A stretch of 59,970 nt of DNA, filler included, from Sphacelaria rigidula (Eukaryota): NCBI GenBank assembly GCA_964200075.2. It is 10 parts of 10 records of this genome, joined end to end, with 100 filler letters (N's around TTAATTAATTAA, not from the genome) between each part and the next. Parts side by side here need not be neighbours in the genome. Positions count along the whole stretch, not along the records: positions 1 to 5,908 come from CAXNAA020023578.1; positions 6,009 to 11,916 come from CAXNAA020023579.1; 8 more parts are not named here. One strand, given 5' to 3'. Shown in pieces: positions 1-12,016 of the stretch. The notes under the pieces are model-generated. The model did not search any database. It had not been told where the DNA came from and was given only the letters and a program-made list of their open reading frames with translations. Both the position numbers and the translations under genes were made by a program. The first letter of the stretch is position 1. Each line of letters opens with the position of its first letter.

Positions 1-1282
1 GACGAGAGTTCGAGTGCGCGTGGGGGAGGTGGGGGGGGGGGGGGGAGGGGGGGGGGGGGAGGGGAAGAAGTATGGGTCCAGGATTTCTTTTTTCGGGCGC
101 CCTTGGTTCTTCGGCATTGTTTCAGCAGATGTCGCTTGACCCAGGCGGCCAAATGGCCGACAACAAATCAGCCGACCCGAATTTGGCCGTATTTCGCTCC
201 CTTTCCGGTGGCAAAAAAAACAAAAGATGAAAACGCTGAATCACATGGCAAGTAAACGCCCAAACCTCTTCGTTTTAGCTTGCTTCTCGTGCAGAGGCTA
301 GCTAGCTGCTGCGCCTCGTCCGAAACCACTTTATCGCATTTTCACTCATGTCCAGCACGAAAATGAAAGAAAAATCGGTCAAATTTTGCAGAGCCTGGAT
401 TCGATGTGGCTAGCATTGCACGGTTAGGACGAATCATCACGACTAAGAATAATCAATCAAATCCGCGATTTTTCCGCCCTTGTTGCCCACAAGGGAGAAA
501 AAAGTTGACCGCTGGTCCAAGGGGTATCCACGCCACTTTTGTACCATTTCACGTGTCTGGGTTGCGTGTACCTGGGTTGCAACGCTGAAAACAAAGCCTG
601 GGGATTGATTCGTACGAGTCGAATCAGTTATACTAAAACCAAGTAATTTCCAGACAAATCATTATTTGTCCGACCCTTGCAGCATTGGGTCAATTTTGAC
701 CCGAACCCCTCCCCCCCCCGCGCGCCGAGTTTCGGAACAGAAATACTGTATACGTTGAACGTTTTTGTCTTCTTTCATTAGTTTCCCTCACGTTTTATCG
801 TTTCGACGGTTCCAACTTCAGTGTGGTACGTACACACCGTTGGGGTGAAATATACTCGTGAACCCCAAACCCCAACTCGTGGGACAGAGAATTATATAAG
901 CACACCGACTACTTCATGGTGCCCGATTTTAGGTCGATCGTTTTCCCATGTCTGCGCTGTACTCTACCCTAAACGCCTGTGCGTATTTTTTTTGTGTCCC
1001 CGTGGTCTGCCACGCTTCCAGAACGTGTTCTTGAACGAAGAACTAACGCCCGCATTTCATGCCTTTTTTCTGTTCTGTTTTGTTCTGCCATGTCCTGTTT
1101 CGGCCCTATTCTATTTTTGCCTTGCTCCATTCTGGTCTGTCGTGTCCTCTCCTGCCCTTTTCTACTATGCCCTGTTGCGTCCTGTCCTCTTGCGCCCTAT
1201 CGTATATATATATATATATATATATATTTGTACACGACGTTTGGTGTCCCCCCGACATTGACAACAAACACTACACCTGCAG

Positions 1283-1403
1283 GTGCATCTTCCCCGGAAG
1301 CGTCCACCCCTACCGGATGCCACTGCGCAATGGGATCATCTCAGACTGTCCTTGAGGCCACTGGACTCGAGGCTGCTCAAAGACGCCTTGGCCACGCCAG
1401 AGG
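1283..1403 (+). CDS. TAF5-like gene, probable upstream exon (VHLPRKRPPLPDATAQW...LATPE)
   Basis: CTGCAG acceptor, GTAATT donor, open frame; ends in phase 1, matching the 1781 exon. The sequence itself is not diagnostic. Confidence 0.55.
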
Positions 1404-1501
1404 GTAATTGTTTTTTGTTTCGTCAATGGTTTTCGTTTTGAGTTTGTTAACTGCGTGCAGAGGGTGCTCTGCTTATTGTCGTTGCTTTTTATTACTGAAT
1501 T

Positions 1502-1576
1502 TATTGCTATTGCTATTGCTATTGCTATTGCTATTGCTATTGCTATTGCTATTGCTATTGCTATTGCTATTGCTAT
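1502..1576. repeat. (TATTGC)n microsatellite in TAF5 intron
   Basis: About 12 perfect hexamer units; source of the IAIA/poly-L pseudo-ORFs. Confidence 0.95.
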
Positions 1577-1780
1577 CGTACTCGTTAGTATTAATATTCG
1601 TGATGTCAGTGATGTTAGTGATATTAGTAATATTAATATAGGTAATAATACTAGGATTAGTAGTAATTTTGGTATCAATAGTATTATTAGTTTTGGTGTT
1701 AGTAGTAGAAGTATCGTCAGATATACATGCATTTTTTCAAAACTGTGTTTCGTCCGTTTTTCTTTCATATCACTCTGCAG

Positions 1781-1893
1781 GCGGGACGGCACCGTTCGTA
1801 GCGAATCCTCTCTCGCCGCATGTGGTAATGATGACATTTTTCAACGCGATGGATACTCTGTGCTGTCTTCAGCCAACGCGAGACGGAATGCAG
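1781..1893 (+). CDS. TAF5: TFIID subunit 5-like WD40 protein, exon (PLSPHVVMMTFFNAMDTLCCLQPTRDGMQ)
   Basis: Pyrimidine tract plus CAG acceptor and GTCAGA donor; resembles the TAF5 'LPS..FYTF.N....L.C..IS.DG' segment before the first WD repeat; splices in phase 0 to 3319. Confidence 0.8.
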
Positions 1894-2649
1894 GTCAGAG
1901 TAAGAAACAAAACAAGCAACAGCACAGAAAACAGTCGGAAATTGACGATATATATTTGAATGCCGAACAATCTTGTGCATCCACGGTACCGGTGAAACTG
2001 TATTCGGCGCAGTGCAAGTATGTACTCGACCGTTTCACGAATCCGCAGCGAACGAAGAGAAATCAGGTTACATTCGCAAGGCACAAGGGGGCGCAACAAT
2101 GAGCCTTACCATGAGCTAACTGATCGTTGTACGTCAGCTAGCACGGTCAGCGCGGTGGCATATCATGTATGGTATGTGTACTATGACACACACACACTAC
2201 TACGCGAGGCAATGCTTGTGGGTACGTGCGGTAAACATGAGGGTACCAGGGCTTAACAACAGAGTATAGCTTTTGTCCCAACCGATTCAGGGTATATTGG
2301 AACAGCAGTTTTATAATTGTATACATCAAGTAGAAGATGAACATGCAGGGGGCAGGTCTGCACTGCCGATTATGGTTTGTCACTATCGACGCATAACTAG
2401 GTTGCCATCTGAAAACGCCGAAAATTGTAGACAAGGTGATGGACAACCGCTCGGAGCAGAGGGTAGCACTTCTGTACTGCTTGGGACGTGCAGGATGGAG
2501 CAGGCATGATCGTCGCTGATATAGTGACTCGGCAAGAGTGGGAGCTGAATGCCGTCCCCTACAAAAAAGACATCTGCAGCTGAATTTGGGAGACCCAAAC
2601 TTGTTTTTGCCTTGTTACCACCACCGGAGCTCCTTAGAAGGCGTTTGAC

Positions 2650-2792
2650 ATGCTGAACTTTCGATTTATGGCGTGTCTTTCGCGTATGTTTCATCAGGTT
2701 CTCCCTCCGCTTGTCTCCCTCGTCCTTCCGAAGACGCACGATTCATTGTTTGTCCAGAATGAACGGGACGACAGCACACACACACACACACA
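2650..2792 (+). mobile_element. Retroposon 3' end with (CA)n tail
   Basis: Ends GTCCAGAATGAACGGGACGACAGCACACACACAC, nearly the same terminus as the SINE ending at 23655. 5' boundary approximate. Confidence 0.6.
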
Positions 2793-2934
2793 AGCACCAG
2801 CAACAAGCACCAGGGGAATATATTTATATAGATGTAGATGCGCTCCATGTACGACACACACATCGAGATACACGCAGAGATGGGAGATACACACACTCAT
2901 GGAATCAATCTGTAAACGTGAATTCAGCTTGCAC

Positions 2935-2973
<39 letters not shown>

Positions 2974-3205
2974 TTTACTGTGACGTTATCCGGGTCGAAA
3001 ACACAACGTTTTCCCCATGTATGCAGGGCTGTATGTACCCACTGCATAGACCCCGCTCCACACGTTCCGTGTACATTGCACCTTCGCGTTTCACGCGACC
3101 TATTTTCCTTGCACGAATTCCGCACTATCGAAAGCCATCACACAGCTCATTGTAATCGCGTTCAGCGAAGCACAATTGATCCCTCCTCACGAGGTACGCC
3201 CCCCC

Positions 3206-3296
3206 TGCTCCGTCTCGAAAGGGATGCGTGGTCAATGGTCAAAGGACTAAGGCAAGCAACAAATGAGTCCCCCCCCCCCCCCCTCCCCTCCCCCCC
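3206..3296 (+). mobile_element. LINE 3' end fragment (family A) with C-rich tail
   Basis: TGCTCCGTCTCGAAAGGGATGCGTGGTCAATGGTCAAA...GGCAAGCAACAAATGAGT then C run; same sequence near 18.1, 41.7, 48.2 and 53.3 kb. Confidence 0.8.
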
Positions 3297-3318
3297 GTCT
3301 CTCTCCGTCTCTCTCCAG

Positions 3319-3947
3319 GTGGCTGCGGGATTCAGTGACCGCATGGTGCGCGCCTGGCGGACCGCTCCCAACGCACCGTACCCTCGAGCCGCCGACGAAG
3401 CGGAACCAGCCGTACCGCATTCGTCCTGGAATTCCGAAACCGGCGGTGTAGCAAATGAGAAGAAGGTGGCATGGGGCAAGGAAACCGCAGGGGGATGGGC
3501 TGGCGAGATTCGCACTGCGTCTGGCTCCGGCGGCTCGGCCCCGGCCGAAAATGGAAAGAGTGCGGGTTCGGGGAGTTCGGCAAGTGGTGGCGGTGGTGCG
3601 GCGGTCGCTGCTAGCTGGGGAGGGGTGTTCGTGGGAGATCAAAATAGTGGTAACGATAGGGGGGGCAATAGTGGCGGAGCGGGCGGCGCCGGGGCCGCGG
3701 GCGAAAAGTTGTCCGGGGATGATGCAGGGCGGGAGAAGAGTGGGTCGGCGGGAGCGACGGGGGAAAGGGGATCCCAGCAGCCGGTGAGGTTTGTCGGACA
3801 CTGTAAGCCGGTTTACGGAGTCGCGTGGTCGCCTGACGGGAGGTTTTTACTGTCGTCGGGCGGAGATGGCGCGGTGCGGTTATGGGATTTGGCGAGAGAC
3901 AAGGGGGGTGCCAATGCTGCGGGGTATGTCCGGTATGATGGTCACCG
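3319..3947 (+). CDS. TAF5: TAF5-like WD40 protein, exon (VAAGFSDRMVRAW...GHCKPVYGVAWSPDGRFLLSSGGDGAVRLWD...YDGH)
   Basis: CTCTCCAG acceptor, GTGAGT donor; WD40 repeats in TAF5 order (AGGFSD..VW; GH..PVY..FSPD..LLS..D..VRLW; Y.GH). Confidence 0.88.
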
Positions 3948-4390
3948 GTGAGTCCCCCCCCCCCCCCCCCCCCCCCCTCCGTTCTGGGGGGGGGGGTTCG
4001 TGGGGGGTGCCCGGGGCGCCCCCCCCCCCCCCCCCCCCCCTTTCTTGTTTCGGTGGGTGGGTGTACCGTGTGTCTCTGTGTGCGTCTGTGTTTTGTGTTT
4101 TTGTTGTAAATTTGCAATAAACTCTGTACTCGTTCCAGGTGCATGCGGGGCAACTATACCATATATGAGCCTCATCCGTACTGTACACGCATTCTACAAC
4201 TATCATTCCACAGGATAGTTCATGGCATGTTTGGCAGCAATACGGTGTAGCGATGTAGCACTCTGGTCCGAAAAAAAGTGGTCGGTACGGACCAAATGAT
4301 GTAGTAACTATGACTCACCTCAAAGTTATAAAACGCGATTTCGAGCCCCGCCATCGCTGTGCTTTTTTTTGTTCGTTTTTTCCTGTCGAA

Positions 4391-4421
<31 letters not shown>

Positions 4422-5426
4422 TCAATTTTCTTGTTCGTTTTGGAGCTCATCTCCATTTTCCTCCGTTCTTGGAAAATAACATCCATGGTAATTGTCAAAG
4501 AAGGGATTTCTACAGGTAGCCCAAACCCGCATGAAACACGAAAAAAAAGAAGAAGCTAAATTACCTCTTTTTTTGTGGTGAGGGTGGAGGAGGTACAACG
4601 CCCCTGAAATCGACCCGGTGTGCCCTGGTATTACTCCGGGCCATCCCCGGGGTCTTCCATGCATTTTTTCTATTTTTTTTTCATCTCCCAAGTGCCTCCA
4701 GTGCTTGAAACCAATATCCTTTTGCAGTATGTGTACGCATGTATCATTTTGTGTGTTTTTCATTAAATCAGTCACTTACTCCGAGCCATACCTACCGTCC
4801 ACTTAGCTCAGTCCAGAGAAGTATTATTGTTTTCTGTTCTTGTTGTTGATCAAAAGGTTTCCTCAATGCTTTTTGTTCTCGTTTCTGTTCTTCTTGTGTG
4901 TGTTGTTAACGTTGGTGGTCATGCCTTTTGTTTGTGTTTGTCCTTGAAGGAAGGAGGAGACCTCACTCAACACTCACCACGCGAACGGGTCCGTTTGCCG
5001 ATTACCGGGAGGCTCGACTAGACCGCCTCGCGGCAGCCACATACGGGGTAGGCGCTTCGAGCGTTCGGAAACATTTTGCTCAAGGCAGTGCGGGGGTTCA
5101 ACCCACTATCATACCCCGTCAACTTGGCTCAGTGCCCCCCCCCCCCTCCCACACTCTCATGAGTTTAGCCCCGAGGATGCCGTCTGTCTTCTCTACACAC
5201 CCTGGACAACACAATACCCTGTGAAAAAGTGTACTGCGTACAGTATCGACTATTGCGCCTATCGCACACACACAATACATTTCATACTGTACGCCGTGCA
5301 GTTTTTTACAGTAGAATCTGTTGCCATCATCCAGGGTATGCTTCTGTTTCTTCTTGCGTCTCTCCTTCCTCGAAATCGAACCTGAGGTCACACTCGCCAC
5401 GGATGCTCGTTTTCTCGTGCCTGCAG

Positions 5427-5573
5427 TGGGCCAGTGTGGGCTGTAGCGTTCGACCCGGTCGGCTACTACTTCGCCACTGGTGCGGCGGATCGTACGGCTT
5501 GCCTGTGGAGTACGGACTGCGCCCAACCTCTGAGAATATTCGCGGGACACCTCAAGGGCGTGCTCTGCGTCGC
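5427..5573 (+). CDS. TAF5: TAF5-like WD40 protein, exon (GPVWAVAFDPVGYYFATGAADRTACLWSTDCAQPLRIFAGHLKGVLCV)
   Basis: Not in the ORF track. CTGCAG acceptor and GTGAGT donor, phase 2 matches the 3947 donor; carries the TAF5 signature 'PVW...P.GYYF....DR.A.LW..D...PLRIFAGH'. Gene continues beyond the contig. Confidence 0.9.
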
Positions 5574-5839
5574 GTGAGTTTTCTTTTCTTTTTTACTTTA
5601 GTGTTCTTTACTCTTCATGTGCATATGCCTTTATTGTGTAGTGTACCTACTGATTGAAACCTTGAACCCTATACCTGAAGGTGTCGTGGTAGAAATTTAC
5701 CGTTGTGACCAGGTGGGGGCATATTATCTCTCAGTCCTGTCGCTGAATTCCTGTCCGGGTAAAGGGAAGTTTCTCAATGCCCAGGCTGACTTGTTTTTGA
5801 GGTCGTGTCGGAGTTCTGTGCAATTCCACTGTGTATTTA

Positions 5840-5841
<2 letters not shown>

Positions 5842-5908
<67 letters not shown>
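5842..5908. repeat. (TTA)n microsatellite at contig end
   Basis: Perfect trinucleotide run ending at the linker. Confidence 0.95.
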
Positions 5909-6008
5909 NNNNNNNNNNNNNNNNNNNNNNNNNNNNNNNNNNNNNNNNNNNNTTAATTAATTAANNNNNNNNNNNNNNNNNNNNNNNNNNNNNNNNNNNN
6001 NNNNNNNN
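5909..6008. other. Artificial contig linker N44-TTAATTAATTAA-N44; identical linkers at 11917-12016, 17925-18024, 23932-24031, 29939-30038, 35946-36045, 41953-42052, 47959-48058, 53965-54064
   Basis: Exactly 100 nt each with a six-frame-stop core; intervening contigs decrease 5908 to 5906 bp. Confidence 0.98.
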
Positions 6009-8944
6009 GGATCTTCCCAGCGAACTGCTGGCTATCCCTGGGGATCACTCTTGACCAAGACTCTCAGACTTCGTCATCGGGCTAACTCGCTCGCGCTCGT
6101 CGAGCTTTCCCGAGTGATCCACTTTGCCTCAACCCCACGACTTACGGTCAATCCTTGACTACATAACTCGAGGGAAATCATCGGCCACCTTCGACGGTTT
6201 CTACCGTCACCGGGAGTCTCACGACCTCCACAAATGAAATTATAGCTCGACGCATCGGTGTGATACGAAGATTTTAGTTCTCCCGGGTCATCATCCTCAA
6301 TGGAATGCTCCATCCTCAACTTTGATGATCGAAGTTTGTGACGACGCGACGAATCGGAAGCAAGTACGCGCGTGCGCGTTTTATTTTGCACGGCGATCCC
6401 GTCATCACGCCTAACGCGCCAGCTTACCGACAAGACACGCACATGTTTGCCACGTCTTTCATACAGGCGAGTAATGTTGATGGTTGAAATATATGACCGC
6501 GGGGAAATATTCTTAACACTTGAATCGAACTGACCGCGGCGCAATTACTGCCGGCTCATTTTGGAGATCACCTGTGACCCGATGTTGTTTTACGCCGCAT
6601 CTCACATGTACTAACACCCCTCACTGAGATGGTATTATCTCGGTACACACTGCAGCTCTCGGCACAATTCAAGCTGCTTTGTATAGCTGAAACGCATGCC
6701 TATTTCGGAGATTTGGTGTGGAAAATCAAGATTTCAACCCTCCGGGTTCTCATCCTCAATGAAAAGCTTCATCCTCATTTTTGACGACCAGCTGTCAACT
6801 ACATGTGATCCCTACCCGCTCAGAGGGAGAGCAAACCCCAAAACGATCGCTGAGAGCCATATTGGCCACTCGATATCAAAATGTACTCCACTACTGCTGA
6901 ACACTGAATACTACGCCATACACCCTTCATCAAGAGATGGCGTATATGCTGAACGCTGAGCGTGCGTGCCGTTATATCGCTACTAGACCTCAACAACAGG
7001 CAAGGTCATATCAAGCAGCTTTAGAATTAGGCCGCGGGTTTTAACATGTGATATAGATATAGCAGGTAGTCACGGTATGTTACGACAGTAAACATGTGCA
7101 GGTCACCTGACCAACTACGTAGCTTATGTCCTCATTGCGTGGGACGCCCTACTCATGTCTAACAAGCCCAAGGCCTACGTGTCAGTTGAGAAACTCAGTT
7201 GGTGTTGTTCCTTCACGCTGCTCGTTTGAGTTCGTCGAGGACTGAATGAGAGTAACAAAATACCTGATTTTTCGCAATTGGCTGTGTGAAGGCTGGCCTG
7301 GTACGGCCACACGCTTGTCCCGACGATGCACTTGAAGCACGTTAGATCTGATTATTATGCTGGCGTGACTGAATCCAGGACTCGTGTAGGAGAGGCTGGT
7401 GGCGTTGGATTGACTCGCGCAGCAACGAGAGAGCTTGGGGAATAGGAGGTGAGCTGCGGCACAGGCACGATGATCGTTTGCGATTGAAACCTGCTGACCT
7501 CGAGTTGATATGGTGGTACGGTACGTTATGACCTCAATACACTGTCTGTACTCCAGGCTGACTAATTCTTGCAATGTGCTGTGCTACATTGCTTTCTGCT
7601 AGGCTGTATTGCGCGATCTTACGCACTGCAATATCGCTGTCAGGTACGGTAGGAAACGATGCCAATATAAAGTTATGTCTATCTCGCGGGTCCACTCCAT
7701 TGCGGGTTAATCGTTGATGGTTTATGTTTCATCGTATTATTTATCGACCGTACTCCCTATTCCACCCCCCACGTGACCATTGATTCGAGCGTATAGTTTG
7801 GCAAGCGTGCATGTACTGTTTGGCAAGCGTGCATGATTCCCCCCATACTCTCCCGTCGCGGATGCACGTTGTGTAGAGACCGAACTGTGTCGAGAACATT
7901 ATTGATGCACGCAAACGTAATGCAAGCATCATGTGATTTTATGCTCCGGGATCATCCATGGTACAGTACAATTGCCTTAGCCGTGGAGGAAGCCGGGCAA
8001 AGTAAGGCAATGCTGCGCGTTGTTTTTCGACAAAATCACCATGTTTTCAATTATCCATTTTGAATAGTTGTTTATGTCACGGAGGCATATGCATATTGGG
8101 AGAGACATTCCATTTCGCTTATCGCATGCACATCGACATATGCAATTCCACAAATTGTGTCATGTTTTGGAACTGGTACAACGGACGACGTTTTTGCGAT
8201 ACTTCCCCTCCGAACGCATGATCTGACCCCCGTCGCTGTCAGGTAATCCTTGCGGGGAGACTGCTGCTTTCAAACCCAGGCGGATGATCACGCATGATGA
8301 AATTCGTTTCTTTATTTTCAGGTTTTCGTTCCGATTATTGTGCAATATTTGGGTTGATGTTGTTTCGGAATGTTTTCGTTTTGGAATTTTGCTGCCCACC
8401 AAGAAGACCGTACGTTACCAGCAATACTACCCTCACTTGAATTGATTATAACTGTGTTTTGACTTTTGTTCAGCTCAAAACCGTACTGCCGTAGTGCGGA
8501 TGTGATCTTTCAATTTGATGCGTGACGTGATTGCAAGTGGCAGAGGACTTCCAAATATGATGTTGAACATTGAAATGAGGCTCAAGTGGCGTTGCAAAAA
8601 TTCAGGTTTTCTGCGAAACAATATAACCAAGGGAAGGCACTTTCACAAAAAGAGCTTATGTCGCAGGTAAGCAGGTACAGCTAGGTGCACCGAAAGAATG
8701 CGGTGTATACGCAAGTGGATGGCGATACCACCGGAGGAGCACAGGCGGAGAGGAAGCTACTCGCCCGTATCCTTTGTTTGTCCTTGTTCGGCGATTCCTA
8801 ATCGCTGGAGAGATTGGCATCATGATACCAGCACACACCCAATTTGCCATTGGCCGGCAGGTGCATTTTTGTAGCACAGCCCAAACAAGATCAGGATGCC
8901 AAGGGCTGTCGTTTCGTGTCTGTGGCGCTGACCAATGCAAAGAT

Positions 8945-9540
8945 CACTTAACAGCGGATCCTGAAAAATGGGGGTTGATCTCGAAAATGAGGTTCAAGTG
9001 GTAGATCGTTCTTGCAGAGATGACGCGACACAGTTACACAGAGCGAAACCGTCTTTCCCCCCAAATGTCCGCAGCAGTCAAGCAGCTGTGGCTAGGTGCC
9101 CCCAACGAATGCGGTGTACACGCGTGTCCATGACGATATCACCAGAGAGAGAAGCAACGACAGAGAGGAAGCTCCTCGCCCGTGTCCTTCGCGTGTCCTC
9201 GCTCGGCAATTACCAATCGCTCGAGAGACTGGCAGCATCGATCTTACCAGCATGCAGCCAATTTTCCATGTGCCAGAACATCGAGCTGCGCACAGATTTC
9301 GTCTTTTCTTGCTTGTCGAGCTCACCAATGCGAAGATCGATTTGTCTCGGCCTCTCTTTTTGACAGGACGCGCCTCTGTGCACTGAAAAACATGTCGTTG
9401 ATAAACAGGGCGATATTCCCGTCACCGCTACTACTATTCTCTGTCACACACATGCTAGCAAGGGCGGTGCTGCGGCGAAAACAACAGATAGATCCAACTT
9501 GAACTTGGGGGGTGTTATTCATCGTCGGTTTTACCCGACA
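8945..9540 (+). repeat. ~600-bp dispersed repeat, copy 1
   Basis: Aligns by eye along its length with 11315-11910; a more decayed partial copy lies at ~8570-8870. Confidence 0.85.
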
Positions 9541-10474
9541 TGTATGTGAGTGACTCTCTGGTTGCCCGACGACAAGAGCGTGCGAGACGCCAGTTGGTGG
9601 GGGGGGGGGGTGTATAAGACATCAAACACTTGTGGAGACCTTTTTGACATGCGGTGTGGGAAAAAAACTATGTCGGTGACCTAACCGTTGCTAGCGTGGT
9701 GCAGAGGGGTGCATCCATGCTGCAATCTGGAGCACGCGCTGGCTGCGTGAACACCTCGGTACAGTAGCTCCCGAGAATTAATTTCCATGTGAGTAGGTCA
9801 CGCATTACAACCTGGGGCGAGATATGACCCCACGAAGAACAAGGGTGCTCTATGATCAATCACTTGTCGTTGCATTTGACACCCACGCCATCAACCGCCG
9901 ACCGCAAAGGTCTTGTGGCTTTCAAGCAACGCTGGCGGCAGTGCGGCAGGCGAACCCGATCATAGCTAGCTTTCGTCGCTCTACTGGACTGGCTGGCGTC
10001 TGCATAGAGGTCGCCCGCCGTAGCAACATGAACCAGATTCCGCAGCCTCTGTAAAAACAAACCAGTTCGGTTTTCCTAACTACATACACATGATTGAAAG
10101 AACTCCTGTGGTCTAGGGTTTAAGGGCTATACTGTCCAGATCGACTGCCCTCTTGATCTAGGGTTTAAGGGCTATACTGTGACTCATCATGCGGCAAATC
10201 CGGAACTCAGGGCAAAATGAAATCAACTACCGGAGAGTCACCCTCCGATTCGGGGCTCTTCTTGCACGAAATTCCAAGTCAAATCGTCGTTGAAAGCTGC
10301 AACGGCTGCTTGAACGCTCTTGTTATAGATATATAACGCTCATTCATACCGCTTCACATCGTTTCGCATCAAATTAAAGCACACCGCGACTGTGGCAGGT
10401 CGTCTGACACACCTATGAGCCTCCTATTTCGTGCAATATAATCCCCCCCCCCCTATCGTAGGATGACTCCAGAA

Positions 10475-11060
10475 CAATATTTGTTCTTGGTGGATGGGTT
10501 TGTTCACTTTTCATCGAGCTTACAAAGAATTAATGCAGCATCAACAATGGAGGCAGAACATTTAGCTTTATGCTACGGTTGGGGCTGCACGTTTTCAGCG
10601 AAAACGGTGGTCGGGGCTGGTCGGGTGTCGGATGAATCATTTTAAGAATCGGTATCATTTACTATTGAAAACAAACTGAAAGTAGTGCCGATTCGCGAAA
10701 AGGCCTCAGCGTGCAAACACCATGTTTTCTGGGAGTCCGGTCCCCAGAAATCTGGATTGCACAGTAAGCCCCACATATTTGGACTCCTATTAAGAAAAGA
10801 TCCAGAAACAAACAGTGCAACACCTACCGTAGCATTGCTCCCGACCATCTACTCAGATGCACAGGGCGCGCTGCGACTCTCGGTAACCGCCCACTACAGC
10901 ACGACCTCCAAGCATCTTGCGATTCGGTTCTTCAGCCTCAAGGACATGATTTGAATCGGACAACTGACGATCGATCAACCACGTACGATCTAGGCATCAG
11001 CTCGGATACCCTGCCTGAGTTTTACGACAAGATCGCCCAACACTGAAGGCAGGAACTGAA
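10475..11060 (+). pseudogene. Ty1/copia RNase H remnant, interrupted
   Basis: GFVHFSSSLQRINAASTMEAEHLAL and PTIYSDAQGAL...YSTTSKHLAIRFFSLKDMI match the RNase H in contig 10 (GLVHFSSSLQKITTSSTTEAELIAL; PTILSDSQGAL...SSKHLAMKFLNLKDMI). Confidence 0.88.
10570..10835. mobile_element. MITE-like insertion inside the copia remnant
   Basis: Imperfect 21-bp inverted ends ATGCTACGGTTGGGGCTGCAC / GTGCAACACCTACCGTAGCAT. Confidence 0.65.
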
Positions 11061-11314
11061 TTAGGCAAACAACAAGTTTCCTTGGGGTAAAATATCTCTA
11101 AGAGTATTGTCGTTTTTTGCGAGAACGTTGGCAGCAATCAGGTGCCAGTTGCCCTCGTATATAGGTACTGTACACTCTGGGACGCAGTAAAACACCTGCG
11201 TAACGTAACGTGTACATAATTTCTTTCTGTCTTGATTCTCCACTAAGTGAGTATGATGCGATACCATTTCGGGAATGCGGTATGAAGACAGTGCATGTAG
11301 CGACCTCCATGCTT

Positions 11315-11910
11315 CAATTAACAGTGGATCCTAGAAAATGGGGTTCGTTTCAAAAATGAGGTTCAACTGGCACTTTTTTTTTGCAGAGATGACGCGAAAC
11401 ACTTACGACCGAGCGAGGCCACCTTCCCCTCAAATGTCTGCAGCAGTTAAGCAGCTGTGGCTAGGTGCACCTAACGAATGCGATGTACACGCGTGTCGAT
11501 GACGGTCTCACCAGAGAGAAGCAACGACAGAGAGGAAGCTCCTCGCCCGTGTCCTTTGTGTGTCCTCGCTCGGCGATTACCAAACTCTCGCGAGACTGGC
11601 ATTATCGATGTTACCAGCATGTGCCCAATTTTCCATGTGCCGAAACATCGAGCTGCGGAGAGATTTTCCCTCGTCTTACAATTGCCTGTCGAACTCACGA
11701 ATGCGAAGATCGATTTCTCTCTGCCTCTCCTTTTTGACAGGACGCGCCTCTGTGCGCCGAAAAACATGTCGTTGAACAACAGGGCAGTATTCCCGTCATC
11801 GCTACTACTGTTCTGTCACACACATGCCAGTAAGGGCGGTGGTGCGGCCAGAACAAATAGATTCAATTTGAACTTGGGGGGTGTTATTCATCATCGAGTT
11901 TACCCACCTC
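11315..11910 (+). repeat. ~600-bp dispersed repeat, copy 2
   Basis: Direct copy of 8945-9540, running to the contig end. Confidence 0.85.
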
Positions 11911-12016
11911 TGCGCCNNNNNNNNNNNNNNNNNNNNNNNNNNNNNNNNNNNNNNNNNNNNTTAATTAATTAANNNNNNNNNNNNNNNNNNNNNNNNNNNN
12001 NNNNNNNNNNNNNNNN

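Noticed and set aside
1310..2102. Hydrophobic IAIA/poly-L membrane-like ORFs
   Set aside because: Translations of an intronic microsatellite; the real coding part is exon 1781-1893.
2980..3318. N-terminal 113 aa of the 323-aa ORF
   Set aside because: Intron containing a LINE end; the exon starts at the 3319 acceptor.
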